A stretch of DNA of 64,000 nucleotides, taken from NCBI GenBank assembly GCA_965222375.1, contig CBDCTZ010000011.1, positions 352,001 to 416,000 on the forward strand, written 5' to 3'. The stretch's first letter is position 1. The number at the start of each line of letters is the position of its first letter. Source of the DNA: Polyangiaceae bacterium. Lineage in GTDB: Bacteria > Myxococcota_A > Polyangia > Polyangiales > Polyangiaceae. Made by a program: the position numbers and the translations under genes. This document shows positions 9,485 to 20,256 of the stretch, one piece after another. The notes under the pieces were generated by a model. That model was not told where the DNA came from. It worked only from the letters and a program-made list of their open reading frames with translations, and did no database searches.

Positions 9485-10261
9485 TCAATTCGCAGCTCGA
9501 AAGTACTGCGTGTACATGCCGCGGTGGATTGCCAATCGGACCTCTTCGATTTCAAAGCCGACGGCGCCTCCGTCCAACACAAGCAGGACCTGGTCGTGGC
9601 TGCGTTGCATGTTCGGATCGCTACAAGCGACGCCGTCATATGCAAACCCCTCAAAGGTCATCTTGGAGCCGTCGACGAAGTACTTCCCGGTCCCTGTTTG
9701 GCACCCTGTCGCGATGGAAACCGTTCCGTTGTCGCCGAAGTATGCGGTGATGTTCGGTGAACCCGGACCGCTGGCCACGTTGCCGTCGCTGAATCCGTCG
9801 CCACGCCACTGCGTCCCGATCAACGGTCGGTCCGGGCTGGCAATCTCGCGGTCGAGCAAGGTCATCTGCGCGCTAGACGTTGTCATCTTCAAGCGGGGCT
9901 CCGTCAGCTCGAGCCTGGGCTTGGCGCGCAGGAAGTTCACGAGCCACTCGTCCTGAGCGTGAAAGGCGCTACCGCACCCCATCGAAGTGATGCCGTAGCC
10001 CGGTACCGAGAGTGTGTTGTCGATGATGCTGAACCTGGCATTGATCGAATTGCAGCCCGCACCCGCTGAGAGTTCCTGATCGCGGAAGCGCAGGCGCACC
10101 TCGGTGCCTGCCACCAACTGCCAGCCTTCGACGCTCTCGGAAACAAACGTGCGCCCACGCAGCGCGGCTTCCATGCCTCCAACAGGACCGCCCTCGCCGG
10201 ATCCGCTGCACCCGCACGCCAGAAGTCCCGCAAGCAGCACATGCGATGGTCTTGCCGACAT
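9485..10261 (-). CDS. Tandem META-domain lipoprotein (intact copy)
   Basis: Lipobox LACGC; two META-like units (AGCNSI...TSMGC and TGCQTGTGKY). Confidence 0.85.
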   Translation of the reverse strand: MSARPSHVLLAGLLACGCSGSGEGGPVGGMEAALRGRTFVSESVEGWQLVAGTEVRLRFRDQELSAGAGCNSINARFSIIDNTLSVPGYGITSMGCGSAFHAQDEWLVNFLRAKPRLELTEPRLKMTTSSAQMTLLDREIASPDRPLIGTQWRGDGFSDGNVASGPGSPNITAYFGDNGTVSIATGCQTGTGKYFVDGSKMTFEGFAYDGVACSDPNMQRSHDQVLLVLDGGAVGFEIEEVRLAIHRGMYTQYFRAAN

Positions 10262-10459
10262 CTCTAGAGTGTGGCGCAGTTGCCCATCAGCGCACACTTG
10301 GCCGACGATGTTCCAAACGTGAATCATGATCGATGTCACGCCAGGCCCGGCGGGCGCGGTGCCGCTAAGCAGAGGGACGGTGAAGGCCCGGGTCCGCCAC
10401 CTCGCACCGCATCTTCGGCCGCCCACTCACCCCCAGGTGTGCTGCTGTACAGTTACGAT

Positions 10460-12052
10460 GTGGGGATACGCTCGCGTGAAGTGCAGCCCGGGCTAGGACG
10501 ACTCGCCGTTGGATTCTTGTTAGTTGCGGCCGCTGTTTTTGCTGTACCAGCCTGTGCGGGTCGGGCTGCTCCAGCAAAGCCAGCGTCCGGGGTTGAGGTC
10601 CCGCGCCAGTTCGTGCGCGGTCCGCTCCGTTCACTGGACGTGGACGGGAGTGGTGGCTGCGCTGTTGACGCGAAGGGCAGCGTGTTCTGTTGGACGATGC
10701 CGTACTACGATCAACCCGCGCGGCAACGCGTCGTGCCGTTTCTTCCTCACGTGGCTGAAGCTCGCGTGGGGGCCGGCATCGCGTGCGCCCGAAGCAGTGA
10801 CGGAAGAGTCTGGTGCTTTCCGCCCACGGTGGACCACTATCTGATCGAGTTGACAGGCAAGCGCGAACCACTGCAGATCCCTCGCGCCAAGAAGCTGTTG
10901 ATGCGTAGGGAAGAGGTTTGCGTGCAGCTTGTTGCGGGCGGCTTTGCCTGTTGGAATGCGCCAAGCCCTGAAGAGACCTTCCGCACTTATCCTCGCGCTG
11001 TCGCGGTTGCCTTGGAAGGTGTGTCTCGGTTCTGGTTCCGTGGTCGGCTCGTCGCGTACCCTAACCAAGTCAAGTGGGAGTTCTCCAACGGCAAGGGTCT
11101 CTACTTCCCAGTGGCCAAGCTGGCCCAGCTCAACCAGGGGTACGCAAGACTCGCCGACGGGTCACTGCATCGGGTTGGCACCAAAGGACTCGAACCCTTG
11201 GGTATGTCCGCCATCGACTTCGATGCTGAGGATGACCACTTGTGCCGGATCACGCCATCACACCAGCTGGAGTGTTGGGGCACCAACCGACAAGGCCAAA
11301 TCCGGCCGGACTCATCCACCCTGGGTTATGGAAAGCTGCAACTGCTTCGGCGCGATGCGCGAGGAATGCGGATTGAGCTGCACCCGGGTCTGACATGCCT
11401 CATCGACCGCGAAGGCAATCGCAGCTGCCGAGGGAACTGCGCGCTGCTCCCCGACGCGCTCGGAATACCCTGTAAAGCGCGCTCCGTGCCGGTACGTGAG
11501 CCTGGCGCGCCGAACGGTGGGTTGCCCTGTCGACTAGGCCCGTTTGACGAAACACAGCCGTGTTTGCCGGGGGATCACGAGGACTCTGTGGGTGCTAGAT
11601 GCGATGTGTGGGGGCGCTGGCAGGTTCCGAGAGGAGTACCCACCATTGGCAACCCGCCCCGAACCGACCAGATGTACGTCAGGGGCGAATCGATTCCGGT
11701 TCAAAGCCTGGACATGAGCTACGTTGCTCGTCGGCTCGCTTACCAGAGCGGCAGAGTGATCGTGCTGGCTCTGAGATACAAAGACGAACCCAACGAGTTG
11801 GATTGCCTGCGAGCGCAGAACGTGCGCCGCGACCTGGTAGCGGCGGGCCTGTGCGCCGAGAAGCTCAGGATCGTGCGCACACCTCCTACGGACCCGCTGC
11901 CGCGACCCTACCGCGTCGGCGTTCAATTCGTTACCGAAGAGCTCGCCATTGTGAACGGCTTCCGAGAAGTGGGATACGACGTGGACGACCCTGAACCGTG
12001 CGCGTTCAGCAGCAGCGCCAGCGGCGTCGGAGCAGTCGTCCCTGTAGAATAG
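10460..12052 (+). CDS. Lipoprotein with RCC1-like repeats
   Basis: VPAC lipobox; repeated C-A-x4-G-x-V-x-C-W units and CWGTNRQGQI; start uncertain. Confidence 0.65.
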   Translation: MGIRSREVQPGLGRLAVGFLLVAAAVFAVPACAGRAAPAKPASGVEVPRQFVRGPLRSLDVDGSGGCAVDAKGSVFCWTMPYYDQPARQRVVPFLPHVAEARVGAGIACARSSDGRVWCFPPTVDHYLIELTGKREPLQIPRAKKLLMRREEVCVQLVAGGFACWNAPSPEETFRTYPRAVAVALEGVSRFWFRGRLVAYPNQVKWEFSNGKGLYFPVAKLAQLNQGYARLADGSLHRVGTKGLEPLGMSAIDFDAEDDHLCRITPSHQLECWGTNRQGQIRPDSSTLGYGKLQLLRRDARGMRIELHPGLTCLIDREGNRSCRGNCALLPDALGIPCKARSVPVREPGAPNGGLPCRLGPFDETQPCLPGDHEDSVGARCDVWGRWQVPRGVPTIGNPPRTDQMYVRGESIPVQSLDMSYVARRLAYQSGRVIVLALRYKDEPNELDCLRAQNVRRDLVAAGLCAEKLRIVRTPPTDPLPRPYRVGVQFVTEELAIVNGFREVGYDVDDPEPCAFSSSASGVGAVVPVE

Positions 12053-12101
12053 TCCCCGCGTCCGCGAAGCGTCAGCGCAGGGTTCGTGGCTGCGCGCCGC
12101 T

Positions 12102-12455
12102 TTACCGCGCCCGACACAACCCGCTGAGCATCGCATACAGCGCATTGCCGCGATCGAGCACCAGCGGAAGCGCGTCAGCTACGCCGTCGCCCGCCTCGAT
12201 GGCGATTTCGGTGGTGGCGATGGCCTCGACGGCTTCGCCGCGGGCGATGCCGAAGACACGCGCCTTATCGGCGCGGGATACGCGGCCGGTGGCCTCGGCG
12301 ATGTTGCGACATGCGCTTTTGGCTGCGCGTAGGGCTTGGTCGCGCATTTCTCGGTCAGTGATCTCCGCGGCGCGTACTGCGCGGAGAAACTCGAGGGCGA
12401 CCCGATAGGCCCGCAACCGATGATGCGGCAGCTGAGATGTTGTGGATGTGTTCAT
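12102..12455 (-). CDS. Four-helix-bundle protein (23S rRNA IVP / bAvd-like family)
   Basis: L-x-AYRVA, DQALRAAKSACRNIAEA and F-x-IARGEAVE motifs; SD GAAGGAGG upstream. Confidence 0.85.
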   Translation of the reverse strand: MNTSTTSQLPHHRLRAYRVALEFLRAVRAAEITDREMRDQALRAAKSACRNIAEATGRVSRADKARVFGIARGEAVEAIATTEIAIEAGDGVADALPLVLDRGNALYAMLSGLCRAR

Positions 12456-12460
12456 GTTGA

Positions 12461-12496
12461 TTCGAAACCTCCTTCACCCCAGAAGGAGGTTTCGAA
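12461..12496 (-). promoter_or_regulatory. Perfect 15-bp hairpin sequestering the SD of the four-helix-bundle gene
   Basis: TTCGAAACCTCCTTC-N6-GAAGGAGGTTTCGAA, 5 nt before the ATG on the minus strand. Confidence 0.8.
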
Positions 12497-12615
12497 AGAT
12501 TGAGCACAGGTGACGTTGGTTCTTCCTCGAAAAGCGTGCGAGCAACCCCCAGTGCCAGCGTTAGCTGGCGCGGGGTTGCGGAGAGACGTTTGACCTGTCG
12601 GGGAAGGGGATGCCT

Positions 12616-12944
12616 ACGCCCACGCCTACGCCTACGGGTACGGGTACGGGTACGGGAGACGGGTACGTTGACGGACGACGCTGACCAGGTGTTGGCATGG
12701 CGAAACCGTTCCCGTCCCCGTTCTTGCGTAGCCGTCCCCGTTCTTGCGTCCTCGTTCTTGCGTAGGCGTAGGCGTAGGCGTAGCCGTCCCCGTTCTTGCG
12801 TTCCCGTTCTTGCGTCACCGTTCTTGCGTAGGCGTAGCCGTCCCCGTTCTTGCGTTCCCGTTCTTGCGTCACCGTTCTTGCGTAGGCGTTCCCGTCCCCG
12901 TAGGCGTAGGCGTGGGCGTCCCCGTCTCCGTCAATCCGCCCACC
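12616..12944. repeat. Hexamer-built foldback element, copy 2 (expanded)
   Basis: 23-bp perfect inverted repeat 12616-12638 / 12897-12919; internal CGTTCTTG / CGTAGG / CGTCCC tandem units. Confidence 0.9.
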
Positions 12945-12947
12945 CGT

Positions 12948-13005
12948 GGCCCACCTCTAGAGTAGTGGCCCACCGCCGCCCCAAATCCGCGACCCCAACC
13001 CAACC
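12948..13005 (-). repeat. Dispersed ~58-bp motif, also present at 49450-49506
   Basis: Shared blocks TTGGGGTCGC and GGTGGGCCACTACTCTMGA. Confidence 0.65.
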
Positions 13006-13030
13006 AACTCAAACCACCTCAACACAAAGC

Positions 13031-13066
13031 AAAAACGCGGCACCCCGTGGAGGAGCACCGCGTTTT
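13031..13066 (-). terminator. Intrinsic terminator of groESL
   Basis: Minus strand GCGGTGCTCC-loop-GGGGTGCCGC followed by TTTTT. Confidence 0.8.
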
Positions 13067-13120
13067 CACATTCATGAGCTTCTCGCGCCCGAAGACGCAA
13101 AGCGCATGAACAGCTCGGAC

Positions 13121-14794
<1,674 letters not shown>

Positions 14795-14810
14795 TGTTCT
14801 GATTCTCCGT

Positions 14811-15101
14811 TCACTTCGAGATAACGCCCAGGACGTCGTCCTCGCGCAAAATTAGGTGTTCTTCACCGTCGAGTTTCACTTCTGTGCCGCTGTACTTGCC
14901 AAACAGCACGACGTCGCCCGCCTTGATGTCGAGCGCGCGCAGCTTGCCGTTGTCGAGCAGCTTGCCGTTGCCCACCGCGACGACCTTGCCCTCGATGGGC
15001 TTTTCTTTCGCGGCATCGGGAATGATGATCCCGCCCTTGGTTTTCTCTTCTTCTTCTACGCGTTTCACGACCAGTCGATCGTGTAGGGGTCGAATCTTCA
15101 T
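14811..15101 (-). CDS. groS: Co-chaperonin GroES
   Basis: [27 protein letters not shown]. Confidence 0.99.
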   Translation of the reverse strand: MKIRPLHDRLVVKRVEEEEKTKGGIIIPDAAKEKPIEGKVVAVGNGKLLDNGKLRALDIKAGDVVLFGKYSGTEVKLDGEEHLILREDDVLGVISK

Positions 15102-15288
15102 TTATTCCTCCGAGTGAGGGGTGCCTTTCCCGGCGGGAGTCAGCGGTCCCTCGAATGTTCGGGAGCCGTCCTCCCGCGTCCCCAGACCAACGTGGCTGGG
15201 AGCCCGGCATTCCGATGGGTCGTGGCAAAACTCGCCAATAGGCCCCACTGATGGACAACGCCGAACGAGCGGGAACCTATATCCATCA

Positions 15289-15315
15289 TCAGCACTGTCA
15301 ACGGGAGAGTGCCAA
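15289..15315 (-). promoter_or_regulatory. CIRCE (HrcA operator) overlapping a TTGACA -35 box
   Basis: TTGGCACTC-N9-CAGTGCTGA versus consensus TTAGCACTC-N9-GAGTGCTAA; TTGACA at 15301-15296, then 16 nt, then TAGGTT. Confidence 0.88.
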
Positions 15316-15427
15316 AAATACATAAATGGTTGAATTTGTTCAGTTTTTCTGAACACGGCCTCGGTCTGCCTAGGCGCAATTCCTGCGTCGGCCCCGAGCC
15401 AGCGGACTGCTAGACTCGAGCTGTCCA

Positions 15428-16432
15428 GTGCACCGCATCCTCTGTGTCGACGACGAGCCCGCGTCCCTACGGACCCTGCTGCGCAGCCTCTCGAGCCTGA
15501 GCGGGCTCCAAATCGACACCGCCCAGAGCCCCGAAGAAGCTCGCGCTCTCGCAGCTGCGCACGAATACTCCGTGATTCTGACGGACTACAACATGCCCAC
15601 GGGCACCGGAGTCGAGTTGCTCGAATCCCTGGCGGCGCAGGGTTGTCGGGCTCTGCCCCTGCTGGTGACCGGGCAGACGGATATGGAGACCGCTCTGGCA
15701 GCGGTGAATCGGGGGCACATCCACGGGCTGATCCACAAACCCTGGCGAGCGCCGGAACTGACCCTGATGGTCCAGCGCGCCTGCGAGCGCTACGAGCTCA
15801 ACGAGCAGCTGCGTCGCAAGGTTCTCGAGCTCGAGCAAGCCAACGCGGATCTGCGCGCGCGCAACGCCGCGCTGGAGGCTGCCCAGGCGTCGATTCGCCA
15901 GTTGACGGAAGTGGCCGCCACCGATGACAAGACGGGTGCCCGCACCCATCGCTTCTTCACGGAGCGGTTGTCGGAGGAGCTGGCCCGCGCCAAGCGCTAC
16001 GAGCGCCCTCTCGCGTTGATGTTGCTGGATCTGGATGGCTTCAAGGACGTGAACGATGCTCACGGCCATGTCGTTGGCGACAGCGTATTGCGGGGAGTGG
16101 CAGACGTCGTCAAGGGCAGCATTCGCGTGATGGACGTCTTCGCTCGTTACGGCGGTGACGAGTTCGCGGTGATCTTGCCGGACACGGCGACGGAGGGAGC
16201 CGCGTGTCTAGGGGGTCGCCTGTGTGATCGCGTGCGGGAGACGCCCTTGGAGCCCGTGGGTGCCGGCGACATCACCTTGTCTCTAGGTGTCGCTGCGTTG
16301 CCCGAGCTACACGCTGGCAATGCGACGGAGTTGCTCGAGCAAGCCGACCGCGCGCTGTACCAGGCGAAGACCACGGGTAAGGATCGCGTCGTCGTGGCCG
16401 AGTCGTCCACGCCGCCCGGGCCCGCGGCTTAG
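15428..16432 (+). CDS. Response-regulator diguanylate cyclase (REC-GGDEF)
   Basis: ILCVDDE, TDYNMP, RVMD I-site, RYGGDEF. Confidence 0.95.
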   Translation: MHRILCVDDEPASLRTLLRSLSSLSGLQIDTAQSPEEARALAAAHEYSVILTDYNMPTGTGVELLESLAAQGCRALPLLVTGQTDMETALAAVNRGHIHGLIHKPWRAPELTLMVQRACERYELNEQLRRKVLELEQANADLRARNAALEAAQASIRQLTEVAATDDKTGARTHRFFTERLSEELARAKRYERPLALMLLDLDGFKDVNDAHGHVVGDSVLRGVADVVKGSIRVMDVFARYGGDEFAVILPDTATEGAACLGGRLCDRVRETPLEPVGAGDITLSLGVAALPELHAGNATELLEQADRALYQAKTTGKDRVVVAESSTPPGPAA

Positions 16433-16443
16433 GAACGACGAGC

Positions 16444-18345
16444 TTAGTCGCAGCGGTTGGCGGCGTGCACGGACCGTGCGCGCACATGTTTGATGCGCCC
16501 CGCTGCCATTCGCAACAGGAGGACGTACGGCTTTTGGCCACAGCTCAGAGCCAGGCTGCTGCTTTTTTTGCCATCTCCGCTGACGGCTTCACCCAGCGCG
16601 CACTGGGCGGGAAGCGCGCTGACGCTGGAGTGAAGCTGGGCGCAATCCAGTACGGATCCCGCGGCCTGCTTGCACTTGGGCAGACTCCACCTGGATCGCA
16701 AGCCAAGGGCAGCGCGCAGCGCTTTCATCACAGCTGGCGGCGGCGGGTAGACGGAGGTGGAATGAACGCGATCGAAGCGCGGGTCCGATGCACTAGCGAA
16801 GGCCATCTGGAAGCGCCGCCTGCCTCTCTCGCAGTTGGCAAACCAAGCGGCGTCGGTGGGAGTGTGCACGTCGATAGTGCGTTCGAACTTGCAGCGCCCG
16901 TGATGGTCCGCCTGCCATTTCATCCATGTTCGAAAGGTGGCCTCGGGCACCAGTCCCTGGAAAGCATCCGTGAAGGTGGTCGCGTAGCGACGGGCGTCGT
17001 AGTTCTCGAAGAGCTCCGTGACTGCCTTGGCACGCTTCAGGAACAGCGGCGCCACCCGATGCTCACGTTTGGCAAGGCCGCCGCTATCGAGCAGCAGTTT
17101 CAGCGCGTCCTTGGCCACGGCATTCATGCCCATGGGGTAGCTGCCCAAGGCGACGACGCCGACGCCGCGGGAGGGCAGCATTGCCACCACGCTCGCGTAG
17201 CCCTCCATGGCGCCGTCTTTGATCACGAGCTGGTCGAAGTTGCAGTCACTGTGCACCCACCAGCCCATGGCCGCGCCGGATGCGAACACGCTCGGTGGCG
17301 ACTGCTCGCGAAGCCAGGCATCGTAGAACTGCTCCGAGCGATAGCTCTCGCGCACCGCCGCGCGGGACACGGGCCCCGGATCTGGGTCGCTGCGAGGAGG
17401 CATCGCGCCGAGTCCGAACGCCACGAAGCGCGCGAGGTCGGCGACGCTCGAATACATCCCACCCGAGCCTTCGCTGGCACCCAGGTGCCAGTGGGAGACG
17501 GGCGCGGGACTGTCGCCGTGCTTCGCATAGGCCTTTGCCAGATTTCCTGTTGCCACAGCGCTTACGTCCCAGGTGCTCGCATTCATCGACAGCGGGCGCA
17601 GAAGCTCGCGGGTCACGAAGTCGCGAAACCGCGCGCCAGCAACTCGACCCACCAAGATCCCAAGTAGACCGAAGCCGAGGTTCGAGTAGCGGACTGCGGT
17701 TCCCGGCACGTAGGCGAGGGGAAAGCCATCCACGGAGCGCAGCACTTCTTGCTCCGTGACGCCCCGGTCCGTGCGCGTGTCGTCGAACTTGCCGATGTTC
17801 GGCAACCCCGAGGAGTGGGTCATGAGCTGCCGCACGGTCAAAGGCGGTGCGTCCCGGGTCGGATACACCAGTTTGCGCAACTCGGGCAGATAGTCGTGCG
17901 CTGCTGCGTCGAGGCGGAGCTTGCCCTGATCGACGAGCCTGAGCGCGGCCAGCGAGGTGATCGCCTTCGTGACGGACCCGATGCGAAACACCGTGTGCTC
18001 GTCGACGGCGCCACCCTTGGCCAAGTCACGCACGCCGTAGCCCTTGGCCAGCGCGAGCTTGCCGTCGATCACGATGCCGAAGGCGAAGGCTGGACGCCCT
18101 GACGCTTTGAAGTGTTTGGCGAAGCGTTGCTCGACGGCGGGGAAAGCGCTCTTCAGCAGTGCGCGGCGATTGGGGTCTTGAAACGACGGCACCGGCCCCT
18201 GAGTGAAGCGGGGCTGCTGTGGTGGTGGAGTCGCGGTTGCCTCCACTCTCGTGGCCGGAGCTGGACCGCTCGCTTGGGGTACCGGCCGCGGCGCGCAACT
18301 CAGAGCGGCTACGCCCAGCCAAGACCAAACTGCGCGCGTTGTCAT
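16444..18345 (-). CDS. Serine hydrolase, beta-lactamase class C-like lipoprotein
   Basis: FRIGSVTK (SxxK), LMTHSSGL, YSN; lipobox AALSC. Confidence 0.9.
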   Translation of the reverse strand: MTTRAVWSWLGVAALSCAPRPVPQASGPAPATRVEATATPPPQQPRFTQGPVPSFQDPNRRALLKSAFPAVEQRFAKHFKASGRPAFAFGIVIDGKLALAKGYGVRDLAKGGAVDEHTVFRIGSVTKAITSLAALRLVDQGKLRLDAAAHDYLPELRKLVYPTRDAPPLTVRQLMTHSSGLPNIGKFDDTRTDRGVTEQEVLRSVDGFPLAYVPGTAVRYSNLGFGLLGILVGRVAGARFRDFVTRELLRPLSMNASTWDVSAVATGNLAKAYAKHGDSPAPVSHWHLGASEGSGGMYSSVADLARFVAFGLGAMPPRSDPDPGPVSRAAVRESYRSEQFYDAWLREQSPPSVFASGAAMGWWVHSDCNFDQLVIKDGAMEGYASVVAMLPSRGVGVVALGSYPMGMNAVAKDALKLLLDSGGLAKREHRVAPLFLKRAKAVTELFENYDARRYATTFTDAFQGLVPEATFRTWMKWQADHHGRCKFERTIDVHTPTDAAWFANCERGRRRFQMAFASASDPRFDRVHSTSVYPPPPAVMKALRAALGLRSRWSLPKCKQAAGSVLDCAQLHSSVSALPAQCALGEAVSGDGKKSSSLALSCGQKPYVLLLRMAAGRIKHVRARSVHAANRCD

Positions 18346-18544
18346 GGGTAACGAAAGCATATCAAGCCATGTCATTGGTGGGTTGGGTCGACGCGCTTCG
18401 TGACACCCGAAGGGGTGAGCGCGTTGCCGGCGTTGGGCCACTAATCTCGCCCTAGGCCCCGCGAGGTCGCTGGCGATCAACTGCCCCGCTCAGGCCTGTG
18501 CGGCGCGTCTTGGCAAGCACGAGATCGACGGCTACCATCGCGGC

Positions 18545-19408
18545 ATGCGGATGGGGCGCGCAGTGTTTTTCGTCTGCGGCACCGCGTCGCTTTCCAGCTT
18601 CGCTCAGGCGCCGCCGGAACCGCCAGCGGAGAAGACCCAACCAACTTCAGGCGCGGGCCCGGAGGCTCCGCCACCTGCCCCGAAGATCCCAAGTTGACGA
18701 AGGCTCGGGAAGCGTTTTCGGCGGGCGTAGAACTCGTCAAGAAAGCCAATTGGTCCGGTGCGCTCGAAGCGTTCGAGCGCTCTGCCGCGATCCATCCGCA
18801 TGCCACGACCACGTTCAACATCGGCGTCGTCGAGCGCGCCATGGGGCGGTACACGAGATCCCGAGCCACTCTGAAGCGCGCTCTCGCTGAGAACGATCGC
18901 CATGCGGGACAGTTGGCGCCGAGTCTCGTCGCGGAGGCCCGTGGCTTCATCAAAGAGATCGACGGCATGCTGGTGCGACTGGCTGTCACTCTCACCCCCG
19001 CCGACGCGGCGATCGCCGTGGATGGCAGGCCTCTCGCCCTGGAGGGTGAAGAGCTCGTTGCGGGTCTCGCGGCCCCTGGGCCGGGCAAGCGCGCGCCCAG
19101 GGATCGTTTCACGGTGCTGATGAATCCGGGTGCTCACGTTTTCACGCTGAGTCGACGTGGTTTCGAAGACGTCGTGGTCAACAAGACCTTCGCACCGGGC
19201 GCCAAGGACACTCTGCCGCTGCGCCTGGAGCGCTTGCCTGCACGGCTGGACATCTCGACCAACGTGCCCGGCGCGATCATCACCGTTGCCGGACGAGACG
19301 TTGGCCCGGCACCCGCAGTCGTTACGCGCAGCGCCGGTAGCTATCGGGTCATCGTTTCCAACGACGGCTATGAAGACTACGAGGCGACCGTGGCGCTGCG
19401 CGCTGGTG
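18545..19408 (+). pseudogene. TPR + PEGA domain protein, frameshifted near 18680 and truncated at the 3' end
   Basis: The signal-peptide frame from 18545 stops at KIPS*; the TPR frame EDPKLTKAREAF continues; PEGA (ISTNVPGA...GSYRVIVSNDGY) ends abruptly with no TM. Confidence 0.7.
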
Positions 19409-20119
19409 CCTCGCGGAAGTGGTCCCGGATCTGCCAATGGAGGTCACGGACCTCGTGGGCTCCATGCTGCGCCCCGATCGCGGCGAGCGTCTGCCAGATC
19501 TGACGCCGGCCTTCGAACTGTTGCGCCGGCACGGCTCTGCTCAGGCCACGGTTCGTCCACCCGCCTTCGGCCCTCCCGTGGCGCCTGCCCTGACACCTGG
19601 CGCAAACACGCCATTGGATCCCTTGTCCCCAGACAGCGGCGATGCCCAAGCCGACAGTGCGAATGCTGGCATGGCATCGCGGCCGGAGACCAAGGATGGC
19701 TTCAGTCGAACCGGGTCGCCTCGTTTGCCGATGAAGCGCAACTGGGTGCCCCTGGCTTTGGCGGGCGCGGTGGTCGTGGGCGGTGTCGGCATTGGAGCCA
19801 TCGCGTTGCGCGGTTTCGGGGACGAAGAAGTGCCCACTCCAGATTCATCCGTGGAACTCACCAGCGGGAGCGAATCCGAGCTGTCGCCGGTCGTGTCCCC
19901 GCCCCAGGCGCCTCCACCCGCTGCACTTGCGCCAAGTACCGCAGACGCAGACGCCGGCGCGAAAGAGCCAGCGGTCAAGAAGCCCCGTCGCCCCGTGGCC
20001 GCAGCGAAGCCGCGGCCGAAGCCAGGCCCAAAGCCGCCCAGTTCGGCGGCACCGGCCCAACGCCCGCGCCGACAGAGACCAAGCTGCCGGGCAACGTCGT
20101 TGGCAAGGCGCCGTTTTGA
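19409..20119 (+). pseudogene. C-terminal remnant of a membrane Ser/Thr kinase
   Basis: LAEVVPDLPMEVTDLVGSML-x-PD-x2-ER resembles the end of a kinase domain; then TM helix and Pro-rich tail; frameshift near 20056 to the ending LPGNVVGKAPF*. Confidence 0.65.
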
Positions 20120-20256
20120 CGCGAACCGGCACGCACGATGTGCGTCTGGGTTTTGGGGCCGCCCAGCCGGAAATCTCGCTGTGAATGCCGGCCAGGGAGG
20201 TTGGCTGTAGTGGCGGCCAACACGACCCTCGCGTATGCTTACGCCCGGTGAAATTC

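Larger units (their letters stand above)
834..13028. mobile_element. Putative genomic island inserted at the groEL 3' end; no integrase inside
   Basis: Bounded by the groEL-3' direct repeats; cargo is two TA systems, duplicated genes, repeats and hypotheticals. Confidence 0.7.

Noticed and set aside
834..13028. Integron cassette array
   Set aside because: Isolated GTTRRRY-like words (e.g. near 5159 and 9449) lack convincing paired attC structure; gene orientations are mixed and there is no intI.
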